Notes under the pieces: generated by a model
Databases searched by the model: none
What the model was told of the DNA's origin: nothing
Seen by the model: only the letters and a program-made list of their open reading frames with translations
In this document: one piece after another, positions 50,059 to 62,359 of the stretch
How the letters are laid out: each line of letters begins with the position of its first letter
Numbering within the stretch: position 1 is the stretch's first letter
Program-made: the position numbers and the translations under genes
From: Aplysia californica
Lineage: Eukaryota
DNA length: 64,000 bases
Direction of reading: 5' to 3'
Assembly (NCBI RefSeq): GCF_000002075.1
Contig: NW_004797516.1
Location: forward strand, 773,630-837,629

Positions 50059-51295
50059 AGACAGAAATATTTCCTTGTGTCAAGTTCATAGCCAACTTCT
50101 CTACTGTAATGTTTCTGCTTTGTCACGCGCAGACCTGAACCTTAAAACCTGCTGTTGTTGAATAAGGGTTTTGGTGGGAAGAGACTTTTTTTTTCTTCCA
50201 CTTAAAGAATACTACATTTCAATTTTAAAAGAGTTTGAAGCACTGGGCATAATTGCTCAATGGGTGGGGGTTTAAAAAACTTTTTTTTTAGATAAAAAGT
50301 TTGGTCAGGAAACCAACAACTTTAACTCACTGACTACTGGGCCCTTTCACCAGTCACAAGCATTGAAGACTGGCGTTTTTGGGAGTATTTCAATAAACCA
50401 TCACAACTCACAGAATTACCCTATAGTTATTATTTTTCGACACAGTAAAGTCATATTTAAGCTTAATCTAATTTAAAAAACTAAAGTTATCTAAGTCTAA
50501 TACTTTAATTTGTATGATTTTAAAAAAATTGGCATGAATTTGATTTTCCCAAAAATTTCAAGAGACGTGACAGATAGAATGAAATTCACAACACCAAAAA
50601 TAAAAGTTCAAAGTGTTCTGTTTTGATTTGTATGCACGTTTGAGTGTTTGGAGAAAATATAAAAACTGAGCTGTGCGTTGATTCAGACCCATACATTGAA
50701 TTGCATGAGAGAGATGTCGGGCATGAAGTTGTGATTTCGGTGCGGTAACAACCAGTACTAGTTCAAGATCTAGCCCTAAAACTATGACTCAGGCCCTGTT
50801 CGGGTACATATCCAGGATCCTAACTATCAGACAGTCACTAGAACTAGTAAAACGAACAGAAGTATTGAAAAGAGCGAAATTATGAGATTCTTGTTCATGC
50901 GACTTCTTCGACTGTTACTACGACGCGACAGTAAAATTACTATCAGCCGTATTTTAAAAAAAACATAGCGCGAGTTTCAGTCAGTTCAACCCCAGTTGGG
51001 GTGACAGTCCTTCACTTTCAATAACTTAAAAACTATCGGCCCCAGAGATACGAAACTAAGTCTAAGTAGCTCCGGACTGGTCAAACAAGGGCATGAGACG
51101 GATCACGAGACACGTGTGTGATTTATATAGCGAAAAAAAATTCCAAAGTTGATAATGAAGGGCTTGCAGGAACCGTTGCGAGTATCGCGGCAAGGGTCAT
51201 GCAACTGTTGAATGAAACATATGAAGTGATTTAATAATAATGAATTTTAAAAAACCCCCCACCAAAACATGGGCACTAGTACGACATGTACTTAC

Positions 51296-51468
51296 TCATA
51301 TCATCACTGAGCTTGGGAAACTCGTATATATGCTCCACTGTGTTCCTGCTGTGAGGGATGCAAAAGCCAAACTCAAAATCAAAGCACTTTAGGACTCTGT
51401 CTCTGAAGTAGTGTTTCTCAATCATTCGGAATTTGTTCACTGGCTTGTCTCCAACCACAAACTCCACA
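51296..51468 (-). CDS. UNC119: UNC119 exon 4
   Basis: [21 protein letters not shown]...[23 protein letters not shown]; AG and GTAAG boundaries. Confidence 0.96.
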
Positions 51469-52002
51469 CTGAAAAAAAAAGAAAAAAGAAAAAAAAAAAA
51501 AGAGTAAATTATCGGCGATCTATGAGGCACCTGCCAAGAAAACAATAAAACAAACCATTAAAAAAAAAGAACAAAAGAAGTGATAAAAAGAATACATAAT
51601 CTCTCCTCCAAGGTTTTTCTTCTTCTGTTTCGAAGAGAGGGTTATACAAAGTTTGAGGAATTAAAGAAACCCAAGCATGCTTTCCACTCCCACCATGACG
51701 ACTATGACCATACAGTGTAGATAATGAGTTTCAGAACAGTCCATGCTCCAGCTGGGGGGAACTGTTTTATGCGAATCTGCACACAATCGTCATCTTTCAC
51801 AGTGAACTGATTCAAGACACCAGCTACATGGAAAAAAAAGGAAAGTGCAGACTAAACTACACTCTTAACCACCCTTCCGTTATATCACGCATATAAGACT
51901 GAGAAAACAAAAGGGGAGGCAGAAGAAAAAGAAATTTGTTAATTAAACGTGAAACATAAGCAGCTCCAGGAGCTGATTACCCAGGATAATGATGCCACTT
52001 AC

Positions 52003-52114
52003 GTTGCACCAACTGTTTTGAGCTTCAAAAACTGTGGGGTGAACTGATAGCGAACAAAGCGTCCAGAGTTTGGATCCTCTTCAGGCTCGGGCAGATCTGG
52101 TTCTTCATTTTCCT
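52003..52114 (-). CDS. UNC119: UNC119 exon 3
   Basis: Hand translation [25 protein letters not shown]; CACAG and GTAAGT boundaries. Confidence 0.95.
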
Positions 52115-53914
52115 CTGTGGAGTAAAAAGAAGATTTAAATGTAAGACAAATGACACACACATTGCTATTTTAAGAGAGAACAACCTGCATCAAACCAATA
52201 ACTCCTAAAATCATGCCACTCTAACTTCACAAGATTTAGAAGGTTATACATTCTGTGACAACGAAATTCAATAAACACTATCCAGGTATAACAATTGATA
52301 GTCATTTGATACATTGCCTAAACAGCAATCAATCTTTACAATAAAACAGTTATTTCCCAGCAGTGGAAAATGTCATAGAATCTTCAAAAGATTTCGCAAG
52401 CTATATTTAAAAACATCATATTGAAGTCTCAAACATTACAACTATTTACTGCTTGCAAAATGGATTCTCCGTTATTTTCCTTCTTTAAAATCAATAAAAA
52501 ACAACCCCGATTTAACGAGCACTTAAATTACAGGGCTGCCGACCTCAAAGTTCCCATTTCAGGTAGATTCAGGGTCAGTTTCAGGTAGTTTGGCACAAAA
52601 TCAGGTAGTACAAAGACAAAGAAGGAAAAAAAAAGATCGAGCGCGCTTGCTCTCCGTGATATTGGGTAATTATATTTTGAAAACTTGTTTGTGCATGCAC
52701 ATGTGCGTGTGTGCATGCTCTCGTGTGTGTTTATATATGAGGGGAGGGAAGTGGGTGTTTGGGTGTGCACAAGTTACGATGAACAGTGTGTATGTAATGA
52801 GGCGAGTTTTAAAAAAAAGAATTTATATGGACTATCGTTCAAAGCACCTATCATTCAGTATTGAATCTGGAATAGAGAGCAGGGTGACAACAAACTGACT
52901 TCAAAACTGCTAGCCCACACCAATAGAAACTATATTAAAACATATTTCCCTACACTGGCATAGGACACTGATAAGTCCTTTGTGACTTGTTACGTATGAC
53001 AGACAATTAATTTTCACTAGTTTTACCCTAAAAAAAACCCAAAATAATCCCTGATCTGGGCCTTAGGAGAGGCAAGAAGAACATCAACTGCCAAAACCAT
53101 GTTTGATTTCAGCAATCGCACAGATTTTTTAAAAGCATGCAAGACAAAACTTATTATAAAACCTTTATAGTTAGGCTTACGGCAGAACAAAAAGTGAAAC
53201 TAAAAGAGAGCGTATACTGAGAGTCGAGGCTGGAAGGACTGAGAGAATGTGGGATGTAGTGATGCTGAAAACCTGGCAATGAGTGAATCACTGCATCATG
53301 GACTAAGTATTGATTTTTTTTCAAAATGCCAAATCACAGTAACAGTTCTTAATCAGCAACAGGTCATCATGATGCATAGGCATCCAACATAGAGCTTTCC
53401 GAGGGTTGAAAATGGCATTTCCTCATTGCCATTATTTAATTTGTCACCACTGACAATTCCGACAAATCCGGGAACACCAACCTTGAAGTTGAAGATTCTA
53501 TCATCAAGCCCGTGCTCTAATGTTCCCTCATTTACGCACTCGATTGTCGAAGGTCAAAACCACTTCCACTTATCATTTTTATTTCAGCATCAGTTTCTTG
53601 CACCGCGGCCTTATCCTGCTGCTGTAGACTTTATTGCGTCAAACACCTCCCCTCAATTCCGAAGCTCTTCAACGCTCCTACTTTGAATGAACTTCGATTA
53701 CCCAAGCAACCGTTGGCCGGTCCCTTACTCATGCCGCACTCACAAGATGCGAACTCGCACAGGTTCACTGACCGGTCACGATGGCGGGCCCGACAATCTA
53801 GGCCGTGTGAGATGTGGATGTCAACGCCCCTAAATGCACTGTTTAATAGACTGAATTTTTCTCCGAGAGTGTAAGCGGTGTCAATTATATTTTGGCTGTC
53901 GGTGTTTTCTACTA

Positions 53915-54733
53915 CAGTCAAACCTGTGTAAGACGGCCACCCATTGTCAAGGAGAAAAGTGGCCGCATAAGACAGGTGGCCGTCTTAGGCAGGACTGATC
54001 AAGATAAAGAAAACAAACCATTCCCATCTGAGGCCCCAATCGAAAGTAGCCCCATTGTTGTTGTCTTTGTTGGTGTTGTTGCTGTTGGTTTGTATTTCGT
54101 TTGTAATTTTTATTTTGTCGCTGATTTTGCACAATGGTGACAATAAAACGAAATGTATCAGACAAGGAAGACCGAGTGCCATGTTAAAACAAACACATGG
54201 GTCGCCACCACTCGGAGAACGAGGGACGCTTCTGTAACAAGTTCATGTTGACGTCCTTTGTTACTTTGTTACAGACTGGGTAAACAGTAACCACTCATCT
54301 CACTTACGATTTGTGTATGAGTTCTGGGCGGGGCTTATGGGGTTATGAGGGATCACACACTAACTCACCTGCAGCTGAAAATTGGTAGCTATTGGTCAAC
54401 AGTGGGAGGGGCTTACGCAACATGATCGGTTGGAGGGACTACCTAACAACAACGACAGGTGATTGAATTATGACGGCTCGCCCACAACGCCAGGGGCCAA
54501 TGCACAATTTATGACAAAACGTAATGGATTCACTAAGGTGACCGTCTTAGACAGGTATTATTGCTTAGTATTATAGGGGTTGTGTGTTAAATTTTTGTGG
54601 CCGCGGCCGCGTTGGACAGGTGCCCGTTTTACACAGTTAAATTATATAGAAAAAACGCAAGGGGGGAAATGGAAAGTGGCCGTTTGTACAGGTGGCCGTC
54701 TTATAGAGGTGGCCGTCAGGGCAGGTTCGACTG
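53915..54733. mobile_element. Tc1/mariner-pogo-like MITE
   Basis: TA-CAGTCAAACCTG...CAGGTTCGACTG-TA; close copy at 46228-47021. Confidence 0.88.
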
Positions 54734-55143
54734 TATTTCTTTTACAATAAACGCAGTAAGGTCTTTATAAACGCGACTCATGATGTATTTGTGGCGGCGA
54801 TTGCCAATGAAAGAGCGGCTGTGATATGCCTGCGGAGTGATGCTGCGTGAGTCAAGTATGGTGTCTAAATGAGAACAGATAGGGCCAGTCCAGGGCTAAG
54901 GGGTCCATGCTCTAACTCAGAAAGTACTACGCAACCTTCTAAATGTCTAATCTCCCCATTTAGTTCCTCGATCCCCCCGGATCCAGTTTTTGCCATAATG
55001 CGCAATGACGACTAAACTCCTTTATAGCCTTCCTCTGATTGCTCACTTATGTCTATTGTGTGCTTCGCTGCCTCTAGCAAACGATGGTGGTTGAGAACTG
55101 CAACAACACCCTGAACAAAACAAAAGTATCGTGGTGCTACTTT

Positions 55144-55540
55144 TTTTTTTTTTTTTCAGTAAAGGGTTTTATGGCACTCACAACAGCATAAGGTCATATG
55201 AGCGCCAACGGGTGGGAGTCAACAGAGAACTATTTACAAGGAATCAGACTTACTCTGCTCACCTCTCTAGCTTCAACAGCACAAGGTCTGCTTCGACTAT
55301 CAAGGCACCCCCGAAATAGCAGTTCACAAGAGAGTGACAAACATACAAAAGAAGTAGAGGCTAAATGACGATAGTAAGGATTTGAAAAGAAAAAGCAGCA
55401 GTCCCCTGTTGTAGATCAGGTAGTTACGAGTGTGACATGATGAATCAGCCCATTTACAATTCTACTGTGTTTGAATGAGAAATGTGCCCCCTTTTGGAAT
55501 GGCCTAAAGACACTACAGTCAGTGGCACTGCCCGGGGGGA
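55144..55540 (-). mobile_element. Retroposon family B, about 400 bp
   Basis: TSD TGCTACTTT at 55135 and 55541; A-rich tail; homologous to the copies at 29110, 34183 and 61587. Confidence 0.85.
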
Positions 55541-56744
55541 TGCTACTTTACAGTGTTCAATGTTTATAAGCGGGAGGTGTAAACTGGAGAGAAAACGAGC
55601 ATCAAGAGTAGTTTCCAGAAAAACCAGGAGGTTATAGTGCCCTGATAGCAATGTTTCTTGATATGTCTTATCTTGTACACATAAACAGTACAGATGGTTT
55701 TTGAATGTACTGTCTGTGAGTCCATTGTAATGCTGACACCAGAGGCCAAGAGAATGTCTGACGCAAATTAAGAACACTGTAGGGGTCGCATTTTCTGTGC
55801 TTTCTCCTTGCCTGACATTATTCTGCCACCACAAGTCCTGTAATATTCGTGCAGCTTTTGAAAATGCGAATCCTCTGTATGTTTCTCTATTTCTTAACAG
55901 GGCTAAAATATTTTTAAAAATCAATGAGAGAAATGTTGGAAAGATAACGCGATTCTAAAGTTAAGAATAGAAATGAAAGATCACGTCCGAGGGAATCACA
56001 GGGGAGGGGTACCCTTTTTAAAAAAATCATTTAAATCACACATTCGCCTTTCACAAATAACACTTGCCCACACAGGTCAAGTATTGCTGTCTCAAGTGAA
56101 GCAGAGAAATTTCGTGAAAATCATGGGTTTGGTTTTTGAGATAATAAACTCCAAAATGGAATACAATTTAAAAAGCAACTTTAGATGAACAAAACACTTG
56201 TACTGCAAAGTGGGTAAATGCTATAACACCAGTGAGATTTCCGGAGGGAAAGTGGGATCGTCTACTTAGTCCTAAGTTGATCTTTAAAATGAGATGTTAA
56301 ACAGGCTTCTGGGTTTATCAGATCGGGAGAAATAACGAGGGAAAGCGATACGAAAATTACCAGAACCGAGTTACGCAGGCACGGCGGCGGGCATCGGTTG
56401 TTAAGCGCAGGAGTGGCCGACTGACACTGATTTATTACCTTCGCGCAGGAGGTCAGACCAGGGCTCGGTCACCAACTAAAGTACCACTTTCAGTGGGATT
56501 TTAACAGCCGCGAGACATGCATTTGAATGAATTGGTCTTTTTTTTGCACAGCTAATATCATGCAGGCATTTCAGACACCACTCGCTACTTCTCTCTATAC
56601 ATTTTTTGCTCAGTGCCGGTAATTATTTACACAAAACCTCATATTTGCTATAACGAACACTCGGATTCAAAGAAATTTTAGGTCAGGCCCGGCGACCTCC
56701 TTGAATCTGAGTTCCAATGTATCAGTGGAAAACTATTACATTAC

Positions 56745-56867
56745 CTAATTCATAAGAATGAGGTGGCTTTGCAACTTCAAAAAGAACCTGGTTTGATTCA
56801 ATATCTCGCAGCTTGAACCTGGTGAAGTCAATCCCATAGACGTTTGCTTCTGGAGGACACAGGTACT
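56745..56867 (-). CDS. UNC119: UNC119 exon 2
   Basis: [21 protein letters not shown]...LFEVAKPP is an UNC119 signature; AG/GT boundaries and phases consistent. Confidence 0.95.
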   Translation of the reverse strand, partial: STCVLQKQTSMGLTSPGSSCEILNQTRFFLKLQSHLILMN

Positions 56868-57534
56868 CTGGTGGTGGAGAAGGAATAAAAAAAAATGAAA
56901 CATGGCAACAAAATTTGTTGAAGATAAACTGCATTCACAGAGGACAAAACAAAATGAGTTAAATAAAATTAAAATAGCTGGCATGGATCAACAATATATA
57001 TGCAGAAAGTTGTCAACTGAAGTATATATATATAAGATTGAGTGCAAATATGTAGCACAACAAGTTGGACACAGGCCTTCGTCAGTCTTGGGGCAAATGG
57101 AGCTGTTGTAAATCATTTTACAGTCCGTTCATTAGACTTTCTTTTTATGAAAAAATACACATGCATCTGAAATAAAAGAGGAGATTTGCAATGGAAGGAG
57201 GAAGGGGTCGCCTGGTGTTGACATAAAATTAGTGAGAAAATGGTTGTTTAAGAGTGGTGCTTTCCAAAGCTATGAGTGATTGGAAACTGCAAATTTACAT
57301 TTTTTTGGTGCATTTTACCAACCATTTTCCGAAAAATTACTCAAATCCCCACGTTTTTACATGGACATAAAAGGTGTTGAGTTTTAAAAAATTAAAACAA
57401 TGGAAACTGCCCAACAGGCAGAAAAATACTGATTTCTTTGATTTCAATCACGAGGCCTTGATTTCCAGTCTAACTCGTTTAGAAATTCGGCTGCTATGAT
57501 CCTTCAACCAGGGCCAACACAAGGACTAGACTAA

Positions 57535-58083
57535 AGGGCCTATTACACGTACAAGCCAACCGGACAGGTTTCTGGGCCATACAGCTAATCGTAATGTGTA
57601 ATAAGAAATGATTCTCAAACCGAAGACAAACACCCTCTGAATAGCCGGATGTAAAGAACCCACAGCCGCTGCCTGAGAATTTGACGTCCGGCCATCCAGC
57701 CTTGAGGGGAATGCCGCGTATCTTGGAAGTTTGCTGTGCCAGGGACAACAGAACTAATTTCAAAATTATAGAAAATCACGTCATAGGTAAATAATATCAC
57801 ATTCAGAATCAGCGTATCAAAAATTAGGGAAATGGCTTGCAAATGACTTGTTTTGTTTTGTATTTAAAAGGATATTCCATTCCTGCACATTTTATGTTTT
57901 GCGAGCCATGATGCACACACGTGTGTGAAGCTTCACCCAGACTAGGTCTAGTGTGTGTGTGTGTAGAATATGTTGCTCGCAAGGTGCGGCCGCCTTCAGG
58001 TCGATTGTGGCGTGCAATAATAAACCAAGTTTCCCCGATTTCGGCAAAACCTGTCCGGTCGGCCTGTACATGTAATAGGCCCT
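57535..58083. mobile_element. PIF/Harbinger-type MITE
   Basis: About 34-bp TIRs starting AGGGCCTATTACA, with TAA TSD. Confidence 0.85.
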
Positions 58084-58527
58084 TAACAGATATATGCTAA
58101 ATAACTACACCACAAAGAGTTTTAAAATATCTTTATTTCACAGAGCTGTGTCTGAAAGTAAGACTAAGCTTTTGTGCATATAAAAATATGACAGACCTTG
58201 ATATTTTTCCGAATTTAACCAAAAGGTAATTTACACAGACCCTCTGCTGTAAGCTGACAAAATGCCTTTTTTTTTCATTTCGGCACCAAAATCTTTGCTC
58301 ATCGAAAGCCTGATCAGTTACCCTACTTGTGTGAAAAAATCAAATTGAAACTGACTAGTTTTTCTAATAAATTAGAATTAAAATTTCGGAATGACTATTT
58401 AAAAATGATTAAGCAGACAAAAAAAAACCCCCTCTTTTCTCGAAGAGGCCACGGCTGTGGGTTTTGTGTGATCTAATAAAAAGAAAAATAATTACAGAAA
58501 AACTATAAGACACAACAAAATGAAATG

Positions 58528-59267
58528 GAAGAGGCTAGCCGTACTTAATGACGGCTAGACTAGTCGTACTTATTCTTAATATGATGGCTAGACTGACCAT
58601 TTACAAAAAATAGGCCTACTGAATTGTAAATATACATTTTTATTGTGCAGGACCTAAAGTATTTGTATTTGAGACGAAACCAGGTGCCTTAATGACAGTG
58701 TATGTATTTTAAACCTCCTGTTTTCTAATGTTAATAGGGCCTAAGATAAGTACGGCTAGACTGGCAGTCTAGCCGTACTTAAGTACGGCTAGACTTCTTG
58801 TCTAGCCGTACTTAATATTGATGGCCGAATTGTAAATGAAATTTTTAGTTTGCAATGCCAAAAGTATTTGTATTTCAGACAAAACCAGAAGGTGCCTTAC
58901 TGACTTGCATATTTGAACCTGAATAATCACTAGATCTAGATCTAATGAGACCTGTGTATTTAACAGGCTTGAGTCAATTGGGCCAAACCTAGATCTAAGT
59001 ACGGCTAGAACAATGTCATAATTTCAGTCACCCTCTCTATTTCTTTGTCTAACCCCCCCCCCCTCTCTCTGTGTTTCCTCTGTGTATCGCTCGCCTTCCC
59101 TTTCTCTTTGTTCGTCTCTCTGTCTTTCTTTATCCCTCACCTACTTCACTCTATCTTTCTCTCGGTCCCTCTTGTCAACTGGGGCATGTGATACATGCTA
59201 GCACTAGCACTTTCCCCAGTTCTCTTCCCCCTCCTTTCTCTCTCTCTTAAGTACGGCTAGCCACTTC
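58528..59267. mobile_element. TIR element with internal TIR-like palindromes and captured host DNA
   Basis: GAAGAGGCTAGCCGTACTTAA and TTAAGTACGGCTAGCCACTTC, GAAATG on both flanks; a related terminus occurs near 2366. Confidence 0.78.
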
Positions 59268-60426
59268 GAAATGAAATTAAACATGTTGAAAGATAAATGG
59301 TGGTGGAAGTAATGATGATGCTATAGAGTTGTGGTGGAAAGACCCTGAGTTGTTGGTTTCCGTGTACTTAAACACCGTCATTGGGTAGATCTAATAAGAG
59401 TGCAGTCCTTTGACTTTTGACACAATTACATAGTCCTAGTAGGCAATTCTAGTTCTAATTCTAGTTTTACATAAAATCCTCCCACAACATTTATATGTAA
59501 CCTCCTTACACTCACATCTCACTTAGAAGCTGAGTCTGAATAAATAAAGGGAGTGTACAGAGACCCGGCAACAAAGTCACGAAGTATATATATAGACCTG
59601 GTAGGGGAAATCTTTTGTGATTTCGGAAAGTTTCAGCGCCCTCTTGGCTCAGGGTAGACCTAGGTTCTTCTAGATCTATGGCCTAGGTCTAGATCTAAGT
59701 GAAGATTGCTGATGTATCTTTTCGATGAACAACTGTTTTTCCTCCGTTTTGGAGTTGGAGGAATTAATAAGACAATTTGAAGAAAAGAACAACGTCATAA
59801 TTTCAGTCACCCTCTCTATTTCTTTGTCTAACCCCCCCCCCCCTCTCTCTCTCTGTGTTTCCTCTGTGTATCGCTCGCCTTCTCTTTCTCTTTGTTCGTC
59901 TCTCTGTCTTTCTTTATCCCTCACCTACTTCACTCTATCTTTCTCTCGTTCCCTCTTGTCAACTGGGGCATGTGATACATGCAAGCACTAGCACTTTCCC
60001 CAGTTCTCTTCTGGGTGCTGAAACTTTCCGAAATCAAAAAAGGTTTGCCCTACCGGATCTGTATACTTCGTGACTTTGTTCCCGGATCTGTATACTTCGT
60101 GACTTTGTTCCCGGTTACTGGGTCTGTATACACTCCGATAAAAAAAAACTTTTTTTTTCGGACTCGAGTCCGAATAGATAAAAATTATATTTGGACTCGA
60201 GTCCGAATAGAGCTGGCCAGCACGCTTCACGGTGGAAGTAGGTCAGCCCTATATATAGCTATAGGAGGGCCTGCGTGCTTTCCAGGTAACCTGGCTCATG
60301 CCCTTTATACAGGGCCTGCGCGCTTCCAGGGTTCATTAAGAGTCAAGGTAGATCTAATGTGTAGTTTAGAGTCACTTAGAATCTTGTTTAGAGGTCTAAA
60401 TTGTAACAACAGACAACAGATCTTAC

Positions 60427-60580
60427 TTTCTGTACTTCTTCCCAATCTAAGCACATCGTCTGGCGATATAATGTCTTTTTTCAATAGCTCTTCCTCGGAA
60501 ACAACATCTGTTTTGGACTTGGCTTGTCTCCGCAAAAATCCTTCTTTCTTCTTTGACGACGGTTTGGCATCCGAACTCAT
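60427..60580 (-). CDS. UNC119: UNC119 exon 1
   Basis: MSSDAK...EEELLKKDIISPDDVLRL; A|GTAAG donor at 60426. Confidence 0.92.
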
Positions 60581-60769
60581 CTTGGCTCTTACTCTTGGTT
60601 AGAAGTGATCGACGTCCGTTCCTGCGCTATTGATATCTATTCGAAAAGCAAAATAGGTGAAGTGGCCTTTCTAAGTGGAGTTCAGATCAACTGAAGAATA
60701 ATAATTTCACCAGTATATTACTTTCACAACACGGTAGATAATCTCAGGAGTTAAATTTCAAGCAGCACT

Positions 60770-60915
60770 CTTTGTTTACAATTCGTCTCGTACACCTTTG
60801 GTTGGCTTTGTCACCTGTCAAAGCGTCAATCATGGCGGCGTTGACGATAGGAATTTTGGGACACACAAGGGACGTCACTCACATGGAAAATTAAGCCAAC
60901 TTGTAAACAACAGGG
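60770..60915. promoter_or_regulatory. Putative bidirectional promoter between UNC119 and the GH3 gene
   Basis: Divergent genes; YY1-like CATGGCGGC at 60831, CRE-like GGACGTCA at 60870, forkhead-like TGTTTAC and GTAAACA sites. Confidence 0.55.
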
Positions 60916-61367
60916 GACAGCTAGGCATACAAGAGTACATATATTAGTATTAGATTCTAGGTCTATCTACTCTATTCTAGAAATCTAGAATCTAGATTCT
61001 AGGTCTACAATCTATGCTATGCTAGGAAGTAAAGTGCGGTTGGCGGTGAGACACCGGTTCGATTAGAGTTGAGCATATGACTTGAAGGACCTGACTTGAA
61101 TCATGCGTTGTTCCGCTGAAGACTGAGAGGGTGTAACCTTCTTTTAACAATTTATGGGTATCAATGGAATTATTGGTTCTCTTCCAGCCTGTCCATGGTG
61201 ATACACAGACCCTCCCTCTTGGGTGCAAAATACATGACACAACACTGCAAAATGTTGACGATAACTTCAATTCTTGGGGCATTGATGCAGAAATATCTTT
61301 TGGCCCTACAAGATAAAGCCAGTCATCTTTTTGAAGACTCACAGTGAGTGAGGATTGGGACTGCTGT

Positions 61368-61490
61368 GGTATTTCTACGGAGACAAAGTTTAAAGTCTAA
61401 AATGTTATTGTCCTCCTGACCCTGCTCCTGTTGTATGGTGTTGAGACCTGGACAGTGTACCAAATTCATGCCCGGAACCTCAATCTTTTA
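61368..61490 (+). mobile_element. RTE LINE fragment
   Basis: GISTETKFKV*NVIVLLTLLLLYGVETWTVY resembles the RTE LLYGxETW motif. Confidence 0.7.
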
Positions 61491-61586
61491 CCTACAAAAT
61501 AAGTTAGTGAAAAGGAAGTATCAAGTTCAAACGATACTTTATTATTGTTTTACTTGTTTGTTATGAAGTAGACTGAGTTAGCATGC

Positions 61587-61983
61587 ACCCCCTGGGGCAG
61601 TGCCACTGACTGTAGTGTCTTTAGGCCATTCCCAATTGGGGGGGGGGGACATTTCTCGTTCAAGCATAGTAGAATTGTTAATGGGCTGACTCATGTCACG
61701 CTCAAAACTGTGCCTGATCTACAACAGGGAACTGCTGCTTTTTCTTTCCTGATCCTTACTATTGTCATTTTCCTCTACTTCTTTTGTATACTTTCTTGTG
61801 ACCTGCTATTTCCGGGGTGTCTTGATAGTCAAAGCAGACCTTTCCGTGCTGTTGAAGCTAGAGAGGTGAGCAGTCTAAGTCTGATTCCCTGTAAAGACTT
61901 TCTGATGACACCCACCCCTTGGCACGCATATATGACCTTATGCAGTTGCGAGTGCTGTAAAACCCTCTACTATAAAAAAAAAG
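61587..61983 (+). mobile_element. Retroposon family B copy
   Basis: Same 5' end CCCCTGGGGCAGTGCC and tail; probable TSD TTAGCATG. Confidence 0.82.
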
Positions 61984-62058
61984 AATTAGCATGAAAAATG
62001 TTGTTAATGATTTCCTTGCATTTTTTTTCTCCAGATTTCTTGTGCAAGTAAGCTGACA

Positions 62059-62359
62059 ATGAAATGTTCAGGAGTTCCATATTGTATCAGTCTTCTTGTG
62101 GTACTGGCCCTCTGTGTGTCCAACAATGGAGTTGTTGGCTCCAGATTGTCCAGGCGTCACCATGACACAGTGAGACACATGAGTGTGGAGGAGGAAAATT
62201 CTCCCTTTGACGATTTCCCGTTCAGAAATACCAGCTTGCCGTGGGACGAACGTGTGGATGATCTGGTGTCCAGGTTGACTCTGCAGGAGGTCATGGTGCA
62301 GATGTCCAGGGGTGGGGCTGGAGAGTTTGGAGGTCCAGCCCCTGCTATACCTAGATTGG
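62059..62359 (+). CDS. Secreted glycoside hydrolase family 3 (beta-xylosidase/arabinofuranosidase-like), first coding exon; partial
   Basis: Hydrophobic signal peptide, then FPFRNTSLPWDERVDDLVSRLTLQE...APAIPRLG typical of GH3 xylosidase N-termini; acceptor at 62034, G|GTGAGA donor. Confidence 0.85.

Noticed and set aside
57061-57095. Second hammerhead on the minus strand (CTGACGAAGGCC...)
   Set aside because: No closing stem II and no GAAA follow; at best a truncated remnant.
59979-60602. 207-aa plus-strand ORF
   Set aside because: Antisense to UNC119 exon 1, built partly of repeats and disrupted by indels in the duplicate copy.
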